Source: Formosa sp. Hel1_33_131
GTDB taxonomy: Bacteria; Bacteroidota; Bacteroidia; Flavobacteriales; Flavobacteriaceae
Length of the DNA: 32,000 nt
NCBI RefSeq assembly: GCF_001735745.1
Contig: NZ_CP017260.1
Coordinates: 1,650,001 to 1,682,000 of the forward strand
Direction: 5' to 3'
Shown here: positions 13,501 to 22,082 of the stretch, one piece after another
Numbering within the stretch: position 1 is the first letter of the stretch
Layout of the letters: each line of letters starts with the position of its first letter
The notes under the pieces: generated by a model
Databases searched by the model: none
What the model saw: only the letters and a program-made list of their open reading frames with translations
What the model was told of the DNA's origin: nothing
Program-made: the position numbers and the translations under genes

Positions 13501-16500
13501 AAAAAGAGTATCTCCACAACCAGGAGCTGTGGTGAAGGCCAGTGGACCTACCCAATTGCTTGTGTTTCCATTGCCACAGTCTGCTTGTACATAAAAGTGA
13601 TAAGTCGTATTGGACTCTAAACCACTCAAGTCATAAGCCATTGCTACAGTCGTATCTGTTGTCCCTGTTCCTTGTGTAAATCCAACAGGACCATATTCAA
13701 TATTCCAAGCAGTTTCAGCATCTCCCAGTGTCCAGCTAATGTCTGCGGATGAAGTGGTAATCGCTTCTGCAATTGCTGCTCCAGGCTGCGTACAAGTGGG
13801 TGCCGTAATACAAATATTGTCAATAAGAGATTGATCTCCTGGTGCCGAGTAATCTGCGTCATATTTCCCACTGTGTTCAAGTCTTAAATCAAAACTTGTG
13901 CCTGCATAAGCACTTAAATCGTAGTATTGATTGACAAATGGATCTGAACTTTCAGTCGTTGGATTTAAAGTGGCTCCTATTTGTGCACCATCCACAGTCA
14001 CTCTAAAGTTAGAGTAGTTGGGACCATAGCTATAAGTTTGTTTTAAATCAAAGGTCAAAACAACAATTGTTTCGGCAGTTGCATCTACAGTTATATTTAC
14101 GGCTGATTGGTGTGTAATGTTTTCAACCCATGCTTCTGTTTCTGTTGTACTAGTACTTCCACCAGTCCATCCAGTTCCGGAATCACCACCAGTTAAAAGA
14201 ATTCCAAAATCGGAGGCAAACGCCGCCGCTCCAGCATCCAAACTAGCATCCGCATAAATCTCTGAAGATAAAGCTGCATTGGCTCCTAAAACACCATCTT
14301 CAAAATCAAAACATCCCGGCATCGTAAAGGGAACCGGAAGTGTTGTAAAGCTCAAAGGACCTACCCATGCACTTGTGTCTCCATCGCCACAATCGGCTTG
14401 GACATAAAAATCATAAGTAGCGTTGTTGTCTAATCCAGTTAATGTAAAAGGATTTGAATTTGCTACAGTAGTAGTTCCTGCGCCTTGTACAAAATCAGCA
14501 GGACCATACTCTATATTCCAAAGGACTTCAGAGTTGTAAGCAGTCCAGCCTAGATCTACTGTAGTTGTTGTTGCATTTGTAGCGGTCACATCACTTACTT
14601 GAAGACAAGTAGGTGCTGGTGAGCAAGAGATTAAAATTTCATATCCAGGATCATTTACAGAACCATCACTATCAAACACAAAAGTCAAAGCCCCTGTTGG
14701 GTGTGAGGAGGTGATGGCGTCTGGTACAGTGGCACCGTCATATACACCTACTTCAGTTGCGCTCACATCGGGTCCATCATAAACAGTTAAGAAATCCCAA
14801 TTAGCTTCTGTTTCAAAACTTAGGAAGGTAAACGTGACAAGATCTCCTGCATTATCAGGGTAATGGTGACGGTTGTGAATTCATTACTTGCATAATTTCC
14901 AGTAGCCCCTCCAGAATCGTACATAGTGTCTCCACAAAGATACGATGTTGCGAACGCTACAGGACCTCTCCAATCACTTGGTTCCGTACCGTCACAAATG
15001 GCTCTTACAAATACTTCATAATCTGTTGCAGAGTTCAATCCAGTAATTGTAAAAGGATTTGTTGTGATTGCAATTCCTGCAGTGGTTGGTTCACCAGTAC
15101 CTTGAGCTTGTATCACATACTCCCAAGCAGTTTCTCCATTATTTGCAGTCCATGAAATATCAGCGGTACTTCCCGTAGCTGTTGACACCACCAAATCACT
15201 TACTTGAAGACAAGAAGGTGCTGGGGAGCAAGAGATTAAAATTTCATATCCAGAACGATTTGCAGACCCATCACTATCAAACACAAAAGTCAAAGCCCCT
15301 GTTGGGTGTGAGGAGGTGATGGCGTCTGGTACAGTGGCACCGTCATATACACCTACTTCAGTTGCGCTCACATCGGGTCCATCATAAACAGTTAAGAAAT
15401 CCCAATTAGCTTCTGTTTCAAAACTTAGGAAGGTAAAGGTCACAAGATCTCCTGCATTGTCAGGATATACGGTGACGGTTGTTAATTCATTACTTGCATA
15501 ATCTCCAGTAGCACCACCAGAGTCATATAGTGTGTCTCCACATGCAGGACTTGTTGTAAAGTTTACAGGCCCTCTCCAAGGACTTGAATCAGTGGCATCA
15601 CAAATGGCTCTTACAAATACTTCATAATCTGTTGCAGAGTTCAATCCAGTAATTGTAAAAGGATTTGTTGTGATTGCAATTCCTGCAGTGGTTGGTTCAC
15701 CAGTGCCTTGAGCTTGTATCACATACTCCCAAGCAGTTTCTCCATTATTTGCAGTCCATGAAATATCAGCGGTACTTCCCGTAGCTGTTGACACCACCAA
15801 ATCACTTACTTGAAGACAAGAAGGTGCTGGGGAGCAAGAGATTAAAATTTCATATCCAGAACGATTTGCAGACCCATCACTATCAAACACAAAAGTCAAA
15901 GCCCCTGTTGGGTGTGAGGAGGTGATGGCGTCTGGTACAGTGGCACCGTCATATACACCTACTTCAGTTGCGCTCACATCGGGTCCATCATAAACAGTTA
16001 AGAAATCCCAATTAGCTTCTGTTTCAAAACTTAGGAAGGTAAAGGTCACAAGATCTCCTGTAGTATCAGGGTAAATGGTGACGGTTGTTAATTCATTACT
16101 TGCATAATCTCCAGTAGCGCCTCCAGAATCATAAAGCGTATCTCCACAACCAGGACTTGTCGTGAATTCTACAGGGCCTACCCAATTACTTGTAGAATCC
16201 CCACAATCTGCTTGCACATAAAAGTGATAGGTTGTATTGGAATCCAGTCCAGTTAAGTTATAGGCTGTCGTTGTTACAGTACCTGTAGTACCTGTTCCTT
16301 GTGTAAATCCAGCAGGACCATATTCAATATTCCAGGTGGTTTCAGTAGCACCTAGTGTCCAGCTCATATCTGCCGACGATGCTGTAACAGCGGTCGCGGT
16401 CGCTGCACTAGGCTGCGTACAACTTGGTGCCGTAATACATATATTGTCAATTAGAGATTGATCTCCTGGTGCGGAGTAAGCTGCGTTATATTTACCACTG

Positions 16501-17582
16501 TGTTCTAGTTTTAAATTAAAACTCGTTCCTGCATAGGCACTTAAATCGTAGTATTGATTGACAAAAGAATCTGCACCTGCTGTAGTAGGATTTAAAGTTC
16601 CACCAATTTGCGTGCCATTTGCCGTGACTCTAAAGTTAGAGTACTTAGCACCATAGCTATAGGTTTGTTTTAAATCAAAAGTCAGAACAACAACGGTTTC
16701 TGCAGTTGCATCTACAGTAATACTCACTGCCGATTGGTGTGTAACGTTGTCAACCCATGCTTCTGTTTCTGTGGTATCAGAACTTCCACCAGTCCATCCA
16801 GTTCCGGAATCACCACCAGTTAAAAGAATTCCAAAATCGGAAGCAAAGGCCGCCGCTCCAGCGTCTAAGCTTGCATCCGAATATATATCGGACGATAAAC
16901 CTGCATTTGCACCTAAAGCACCCGTTTCAAAATCAAAACATCCGGGCATCGTAAAGGGTACTGGAAGGGTTGTAAAACTAACCATCCCCCAAGTACTTTC
17001 GGTGTCTCCACAATCGGTTCTAATATATAAGTCATAGCCAGTATTTGCATAACAGCCTGTAATTGTTAGTGGATTGTCTGTAGTGTCAGTCCCTGTTTCT
17101 GTAGGAGTCTCACCCGTAAGAACCAATTCATATTGCCATGCTGCATCTCCGGCTTCAGCTGTCCAAGAGATTGTGGCTCCGACATCAGTAGTACTGTCAA
17201 CAGTAAGTGCTGTAGGCGCTACACAACTTGGGCAAGATGCCGTAATTGTGCCAGTTGTAATAGAAGATTCAGCTCCAGATAAAACAAAGGTTCCTGTTGA
17301 ATCAAGAATTTCATAACTAGTTTCATATGCGAACCCTCCGCCACCAAGCCATTCTGTAGTGACATCAGCTCCATCGGTTACCGCAAAAGGTAAAATGAGT
17401 TCTGAGCCACCAGCTGGGATGGTTACTCCAGTAAGTACAAGAGCGCCATTAACCGAAACATTCATAGTGTTTCCGTTCCATCCATCTCCGTAAGAATCAA
17501 TCATTTTTAGTGAGTAGTCGCATTGACCAAAAGAAATTAGCGTGCAGAAAAAGACCGCTAATGCGTAAGTAATATCTTTCAT
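10570..17582 (-). pseudogene. Giant SprB-like cell-surface adhesin with a T9SS type B (gliding-motility-associated) C-terminal domain, split by a 1-nt deletion into 920-aa and 1398-aa ORFs
   Basis: Domain order: signal peptide, a GDGWNG-motif domain, then repeated FN3 (..ISWT..W.YE..TGL...T.Y..YVRA.CG), MAM-like and CUB (CGDTLYDSGGATGDY..) modules, then Ig-like repeats. The terminal domain is IPQGLSPNGDGVNDCLVL..WIYLNY. The two ORFs join in frame if one A is restored at 14862-14863. Confidence 0.85.
14589..16146 (-). repeat. About 2.6 tandem copies of a 606-bp (202-codon) CUB+FN3 unit, near-identical at nucleotide level
   Basis: acttaggaagg occurs at 14818, 15423 and 16029, giving offsets of 605 and 606. 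Stretches such as 15241-15420 and 15847-16026 are identical by eye. Confidence 0.9.
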
Positions 17583-17645
17583 AATGTTAAATTGGTTAGA
17601 CAGTGAAGTTAGTTGTTTTTTTTAAGTTACATTTAATTCAATCTA

Positions 17646-17685
17646 ATAAAATCGATTAAACACATATAAAATCGATTAAGCACAT
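17646..17685. promoter_or_regulatory. Tandem 20-bp direct repeat with palindromic ATCGAT core, upstream of the adhesin gene
   Basis: ataaaatcgattaaacacat / ataaaatcgattaagcacat differ at 1 position. They lie 64-103 nt upstream of the adhesin ATG in the divergent adhesin/hflX intergenic region. Confidence 0.4.
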
Positions 17686-17750
17686 AAAACCGAATTCCGA
17701 ACTTCCCTAAATATTTAAATTTTGGATGATTCAGTCTAGCTATTAATTTT

Positions 17751-17758
17751 TACCTTTG
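17751..17758 (+). promoter_or_regulatory. -7 box TACCTTTG (TAnnTTTG) for hflX
   Basis: Exact match to the Bacteroidota -7 consensus, 14 nt upstream of the ATG. No well-spaced -33 TTTG. Confidence 0.35.
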
Positions 17759-17772
17759 ACCAATACGTTTAT

Positions 17773-18987
17773 ATGATTGAGAAAAAAGTTATCGGCTTAG
17801 AAAAAGCTGTTTTAATAGGAGTAATTACAAAATTACAAGATGAAACTAAGTCCGAAGAATACTTAGAGGAACTTGAATTTCTGACCTATACAGCTGGTGG
17901 GGAAGTGCTCAGACGTTTCACTCAAAAAATGGACAAGCCGAATCCCAAAACCTTTATTGGAACGGGTAAAATGGAAGAGTTGCGTCTCTATATAGAGGAG
18001 CATAAAGTAGGAACTGCCATTTTTGATGACGAGTTATCGTCCGCTCAAGAACGTAATATTAGTAAAATATTAAACTGTAAAGTCTTAGACCGTACCAACC
18101 TTATACTGGATATTTTTGCACAACGTGCACAAACAAGTTATGCCCGTACTCAGGTAGAATTGGCACAGTGCGAATATTTATTACCCCGATTAAAAGGAAT
18201 GTGGACACACCTTGAACGTCAAAAAGGAGGTATTGGAATGCGCGGACCAGGGGAAACGGAAATTGAAACGGACCGTCGTATTGTAAGAGAGAAAATTGCC
18301 CTTTTAAAAGCTAAGATAAAAAAAATTGACAAGCAAATGTCCGTTCAACGAAGCAACAGAGGCGCCATGGTTCGGGTGGCTTTGGTGGGCTATACCAACG
18401 TTGGGAAATCGACGTTGATGAATGTCATTAGCAAGTCGGATGTGTTTGCAGAAAATAAATTATTTGCAACCCTGGATACAACAGTTCGGAAAGTGGTGGT
18501 AAAAAACCTGCCTTTTCTGATGAGTGATACTGTTGGGTTTATTAGAAAATTGCCCACGCAATTGGTCGATTCGTTTAAGAGTACCTTAGATGAGGTTCGA
18601 GAATCGGATTTGCTCCTGCATGTGGTGGATATTTCGCATCCCAATTTTGAAGATCATATTGCATCTGTCAACCTGATTTTAGGAGAAATTAATGCGTTAG
18701 ACAAACCCACGCTCATGGTGTTCAATAAGATTGATGCTTACGAAGCAGAACCTTTTGATGACACGGATTTGATTGCGGTTCGTACCGAAGCTCATTATTC
18801 TTTAGACGAATGGAAGTCCACATGGATGTCAAAAATTGGTGAAAATTCACTGTTTATTTCTGCACTCAACAAAGAGAACTTAGAAGATTTTAGAAAACGG
18901 GTGTACGATACGGTTCGTGAAATTCATGTGAAACGTTTTCCTTACAATCGATTCTTGTACCCCGATTATGAAGATATTATAGAGTAA
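17773..18987 (+). CDS. hflX: GTPase HflX
   Basis: 404 aa. It has the HflX N-terminal domain (..LILDIFAQRAQTSYARTQVELAQ..LPRL..) and G-domain motifs GYTNVGKST, DTVGF and NKID. Confidence 0.95.
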   Translation: MIEKKVIGLEKAVLIGVITKLQDETKSEEYLEELEFLTYTAGGEVLRRFTQKMDKPNPKTFIGTGKMEELRLYIEEHKVGTAIFDDELSSAQERNISKILNCKVLDRTNLILDIFAQRAQTSYARTQVELAQCEYLLPRLKGMWTHLERQKGGIGMRGPGETEIETDRRIVREKIALLKAKIKKIDKQMSVQRSNRGAMVRVALVGYTNVGKSTLMNVISKSDVFAENKLFATLDTTVRKVVVKNLPFLMSDTVGFIRKLPTQLVDSFKSTLDEVRESDLLLHVVDISHPNFEDHIASVNLILGEINALDKPTLMVFNKIDAYEAEPFDDTDLIAVRTEAHYSLDEWKSTWMSKIGENSLFISALNKENLEDFRKRVYDTVREIHVKRFPYNRFLYPDYEDIIE

Positions 18988-19185
18988 AAGAGGGGTCTGA
19001 AAAGTTTTTTTCTTGTCAATCTGAATCTGACTACCGTCAGGCAGTCCTGCCTGTCGGCAGACAAGTTTACCTACCGAAGGTAGGCTCGTTTCAGATTCTA
19101 AAACAAATTGAATTTCAGTTAATGGAGATTCTGAAATAAATTCAGAATGACAGGTTTGCTATTTTCCAGACAGCCTCTTCGAAGC
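18988..19185. repeat. Cluster of nested palindromes (REP-like intergenic element) between convergent genes
   Basis: Hairpins: caggcag/ctgcctg (19038-19053), cctacc-gaa-ggtagg (19070-19084) and attctgaa-ataaa-ttcagaat (19128-19148). An outer pairing gaatctga/tcagattc (19022-19029 / 19091-19098) encloses the first two. An imperfect IR aagagg..gtctg..aaa bounds the whole region. Confidence 0.7.
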
Positions 19186-19194
19186 GATTATTCC

Positions 19195-20049
19195 TTAGAA
19201 ATTATAATTGACTCCCAATCCAAACACTTGTCGGGTTTGTAAACCTTCAAAAGCATTGTCATCATAAATGGTTTGATATGCCAGAGTAGTTGAGATGTAT
19301 TTGTTAATGTTCATGACTAAATTCATGGTATAGTCAAGATCGACATTTTGTGGGTCTTCCAAATAATTTGAATAAAGATTCAAGGTGTTTTCCATGGAAA
19401 TGTTTTTCATCAAATCAAATTTATAATAGGCACCTACAGAAGCACCAAACTCAAAACGGGTGCTTTTTCCTTCTTCCACGCCAAAATAAGCAGCGTCTGG
19501 AAGGGTAAGGTTTTTATCGACAACAATTAATTTGGTGGTGGCAGGGGCGATATTCACCTTTAAATTTTCGCTTTTTTTCCAAAGCATACCAGGACCTATC
19601 TGTAAATATCCAGGAGATAAAAACTTGGTAGGACCTTCCGTATCACTGTCTAAATCATCTGTAAATTGTGTTTTAAAATTGACGAATGCAGAGTAGAACC
19701 AATAGCCTTTTGCTTTTTTTCCTAACACAGAATTCCATTCCAAACGGTCATCCGATTTTTTAATGTCTTGCTCTTTAATCTTCGTAATTCCAAAAGACGC
19801 AATGATTTTATTGTCCCAAGACCAATCGCCTTTAAGATAATTAATATCATAGTTGATGCCAACAGTTCCAGAAATACTACTAACTCCTCCGGCAACCCAG
19901 TTTTCAAATGCAGACTGGTTTAATAAAAATGTAAAGCTACCACCTCTAGTCCAAACGGGTTTTTCGGTAGTTTCCGTTGTGGGCTCCTCTTGCGCGTACA
20001 GACTGTGGAATTGAGTAATGAGAGCGAATACTAAAATAAATTTTTTCAT
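19195..20049 (-). CDS. DUF3078-family outer-membrane beta-barrel protein
   Basis: 284 aa with a signal peptide. WTRGGSFTFLLNQSAFENWVAGG and an alternating beta pattern ending ..GLGVNYNF are present. Confidence 0.8.
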   Translation of the reverse strand: MKKFILVFALITQFHSLYAQEEPTTETTEKPVWTRGGSFTFLLNQSAFENWVAGGVSSISGTVGINYDINYLKGDWSWDNKIIASFGITKIKEQDIKKSDDRLEWNSVLGKKAKGYWFYSAFVNFKTQFTDDLDSDTEGPTKFLSPGYLQIGPGMLWKKSENLKVNIAPATTKLIVVDKNLTLPDAAYFGVEEGKSTRFEFGASVGAYYKFDLMKNISMENTLNLYSNYLEDPQNVDLDYTMNLVMNINKYISTTLAYQTIYDDNAFEGLQTRQVFGLGVNYNF

Positions 20050-20082
20050 GTGATTGTAGGTATAGGGGTTTTAAATTAAGTG

Positions 20083-20090
20083 CAAATATA
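20083..20090 (-). promoter_or_regulatory. -7 box TATATTTG for the DUF3078 gene
   Basis: Exact TAnnTTTG on the minus strand, 33 nt upstream of the ATG at 20049. Confidence 0.4.
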
Positions 20091-20135
20091 TAAAATTGAA
20101 ATAAATTGATAAATCTAAAGGAAAAGAATCCTTAT

Positions 20136-20642
20136 TTATTTTTTAAACAAAGGTACCGACGAACAGGCTTCGCCATACATAATGGATTTTGCGATTGGCT
20201 GTAATTTATCTATCAGAAAAAGATAAGCATTTTGTGGCACGGGTTTGTTAGAGCAGCCTTTGATAATAACAGGCTTATTTTTACAGAAATCAAGATCTAA
20301 ATCTTCAATGATCGTTTGATATAGGGATGTTTCTAAAACTTCTAAATCACCCACCACAACTTGCGTAGCAACGCCTGAAAGTTTGAGTCGAACCAACATA
20401 TAAGCCCAGCCAGGAATGATGGCGTCAGAAGTGCAATGCAGAGCAACAAATTGATTTGTATAGACCGACCAATCATGGGTGTTTACAAACGCCCTGAATT
20501 CTTTTTCTCGAAGTACCAAGCCTTCGTAAAGCCAGTCTTTAATGTCAAAACATACACGTGCTCCCTTAGGATAATAGTCCTCTAAATCAAGAGTGACAAG
20601 TACACTGTTGGCAACACGATTTACAATTTCACCAGTCGCCAT
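20136..20642 (-). CDS. DUF2480-family protein (last gene of the suf cluster)
   Basis: 168 aa. The N-terminus (..IVNRVANSVLVTLDLEDYYPKG..) and the position after the DUF59 gene match the flavobacterial suf-associated DUF2480 family. Confidence 0.75.
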   Translation of the reverse strand: MATGEIVNRVANSVLVTLDLEDYYPKGARVCFDIKDWLYEGLVLREKEFRAFVNTHDWSVYTNQFVALHCTSDAIIPGWAYMLVRLKLSGVATQVVVGDLEVLETSLYQTIIEDLDLDFCKNKPVIIKGCSNKPVPQNAYLFLIDKLQPIAKSIMYGEACSSVPLFKK

Positions 20643-20644
20643 TG

Positions 20645-20971
20645 CTATAACATTCCAAGTTCAAGTTTCGCTTCTTCACTCATCAACTCTTGTGTCCATG
20701 GTGGGTCAAACGTAATTTCGACTTCCGCATCTTTCACAGCATCCAAAGATTTAACTTTTTCCTCTACTTCCAAAGGAAGGGTTTCTGCTACAGGACAGTT
20801 GGGCGTGGTCAAGGTCATCAAGATTTTTACTTCATAGTCTTCATTTACGAACACGTCGTAAATCAATCCTAATTCATAAATATCTACCGGAATTTCTGGA
20901 TCAAAAATGGTTTTTATAACACGTACTATTTTTTCTCCCAAAGCATTTACGTCAATTTTTTCGGTACTCAT
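20645..20971 (-). CDS. SUF-system Fe-S cluster assembly protein (DUF59 / SufT-like)
   Basis: 108 aa. IFDPEIPVDIYELGLIY..LTTPNCPVAE is the DUF59 signature. It overlaps sufE by 4 nt (ATGA). Confidence 0.85.
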   Translation of the reverse strand: MSTEKIDVNALGEKIVRVIKTIFDPEIPVDIYELGLIYDVFVNEDYEVKILMTLTTPNCPVAETLPLEVEEKVKSLDAVKDAEVEITFDPPWTQELMSEEAKLELGML

Positions 20972-21417
20972 AATCCTATTTGTGTTTGATATGCAAGCGC
21001 ATACATTTTTATTTTTTTTACCATACTCACCAATCCGTTTGCTCGGGTAGGAGACAAGTGTTCTTTAAGTCCAATTTCGTCAATAAAATCGGTTGAGGTA
21101 TTTAAGATAGTATCAGGACTTTGGTTTGAAAATACACGTATTAAAATCGCAACAATGCCTTTTGTGATAATGGCATCACTGTCGGCAGAAAACACGACTT
21201 TTTCACTTTCCAAATCGGCATGAAGCCAAACTTTACTCTGGCAGCCTTTGATGATATTGTCTTCCGTTTTGAATTTTGAATCGATGAGAGGTAATGATTT
21301 TCCCAAATCGATCATGTGTTCATACCGCTCCATCCAATCGTCAAACATGGAAAACTCATCTATTAAATCCGCTTGTATCGTTTCAATATTCATGTGTTTA
21401 TATTTATTGTTTTTCAA
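20968..21417 (-). CDS. sufE: SufE-family cysteine desulfuration (sulfur acceptor) protein
   Basis: 149 aa. ..IKGCQSKVWL..DSDA.I.KG..A.L and ..LSPTRANGL are SufE/CsdE motifs. Confidence 0.85.
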   Translation of the reverse strand: MKNNKYKHMNIETIQADLIDEFSMFDDWMERYEHMIDLGKSLPLIDSKFKTEDNIIKGCQSKVWLHADLESEKVVFSADSDAIITKGIVAILIRVFSNQSPDTILNTSTDFIDEIGLKEHLSPTRANGLVSMVKKIKMYALAYQTQIGL

Positions 21418-21473
21418 AGATTACACTTCGACTGCGCCTATCTGCCGATAGGCAGGCTCAGTGCAAGTATAGT

Positions 21474-21520
21474 ACATCCATTTAATCATTTTCTTGGGTA
21501 TCAAGTTTTGGTTATGGATG
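21474..21520. repeat. Second copy of the ~48-nt element found inside the 84-nt insertion at 3232-3279
   Basis: acatccatttaatcattttcttgggtatcaagttttggttatggatg differs from the 3232-3279 copy at 3 substitutions and 1 indel. It has terminal inverted heptamers catccat/atggatg and is adjacent to a GC-richer palindrome (gcctatc-tgcc-gataggc, 21435-21452). Confidence 0.8.
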
Positions 21521-21557
21521 TTTTACAATGCAAAAATACAATTCTTAAATGGGAATT

Positions 21558-22013
21558 TTAATTTTCTGAGATAGATAATATGTATTCTACCAATGGCTTT
21601 ATTTCGACAGGTGGATATTTATGATCAAAGCCACTCGATTGAATGGTGTCTCCTTTTTGAATGACTGTTAATTGTGCAAATGCAGCACCATCATACTGTC
21701 TGTAATTGGTTGGGGATTTTAAATTTGGTAAGTTTTTCAGGTCGATTTGATCTAGTAACCTTAAACACTCCTTCCAGTCCTTTGCTTTTAAATCGCTCGA
21801 AATGGTGTTTAATTTTTCACGATCTTTGAATTCTATAAGGCTGTTTTCTTTTAGAATAAATTCTTGAAAAAATCCACGGGTGTTCGCACTGTAAGAAATC
21901 GTAACCTGACTTTGCGTTGAAGTGTTTTCGTTATTTTGGGTAAGCACCTTTTTATTTGAATTACAGTTGGTTGCAAAAACGATCAATGTAAAACAAGTGA
22001 CAAGTAGTTTCAT
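21558..22013 (-). CDS. Small lipoprotein, unknown function, embedded between sufS and sufE
   Basis: 151 aa with lipobox VFATNC. No family recognised. Confidence 0.6.
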   Translation of the reverse strand: MKLLVTCFTLIVFATNCNSNKKVLTQNNENTSTQSQVTISYSANTRGFFQEFILKENSLIEFKDREKLNTISSDLKAKDWKECLRLLDQIDLKNLPNLKSPTNYRQYDGAAFAQLTVIQKGDTIQSSGFDHKYPPVEIKPLVEYILSISEN

Positions 22014-22082
22014 AAATCAATATTTAATATTTTATTTATAAATTCAAGCGTGTTTATTTTTATAAATGTACTAAAACCTAAA

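Noticed and set aside
14589-16146. 606-bp repeats considered as an IS or other mobile element
   Set aside because: The period is a multiple of 3 and in frame. The repeats encode CUB+FN3 domains continuous with the adhesin and have no transposase or terminal inverted repeats.
16747-17316. Plus-strand ORFs 16747..17037, 16757..16954 and 17074..17316
   Set aside because: Antisense shadows of the adhesin gene, with no start context or independent signal.
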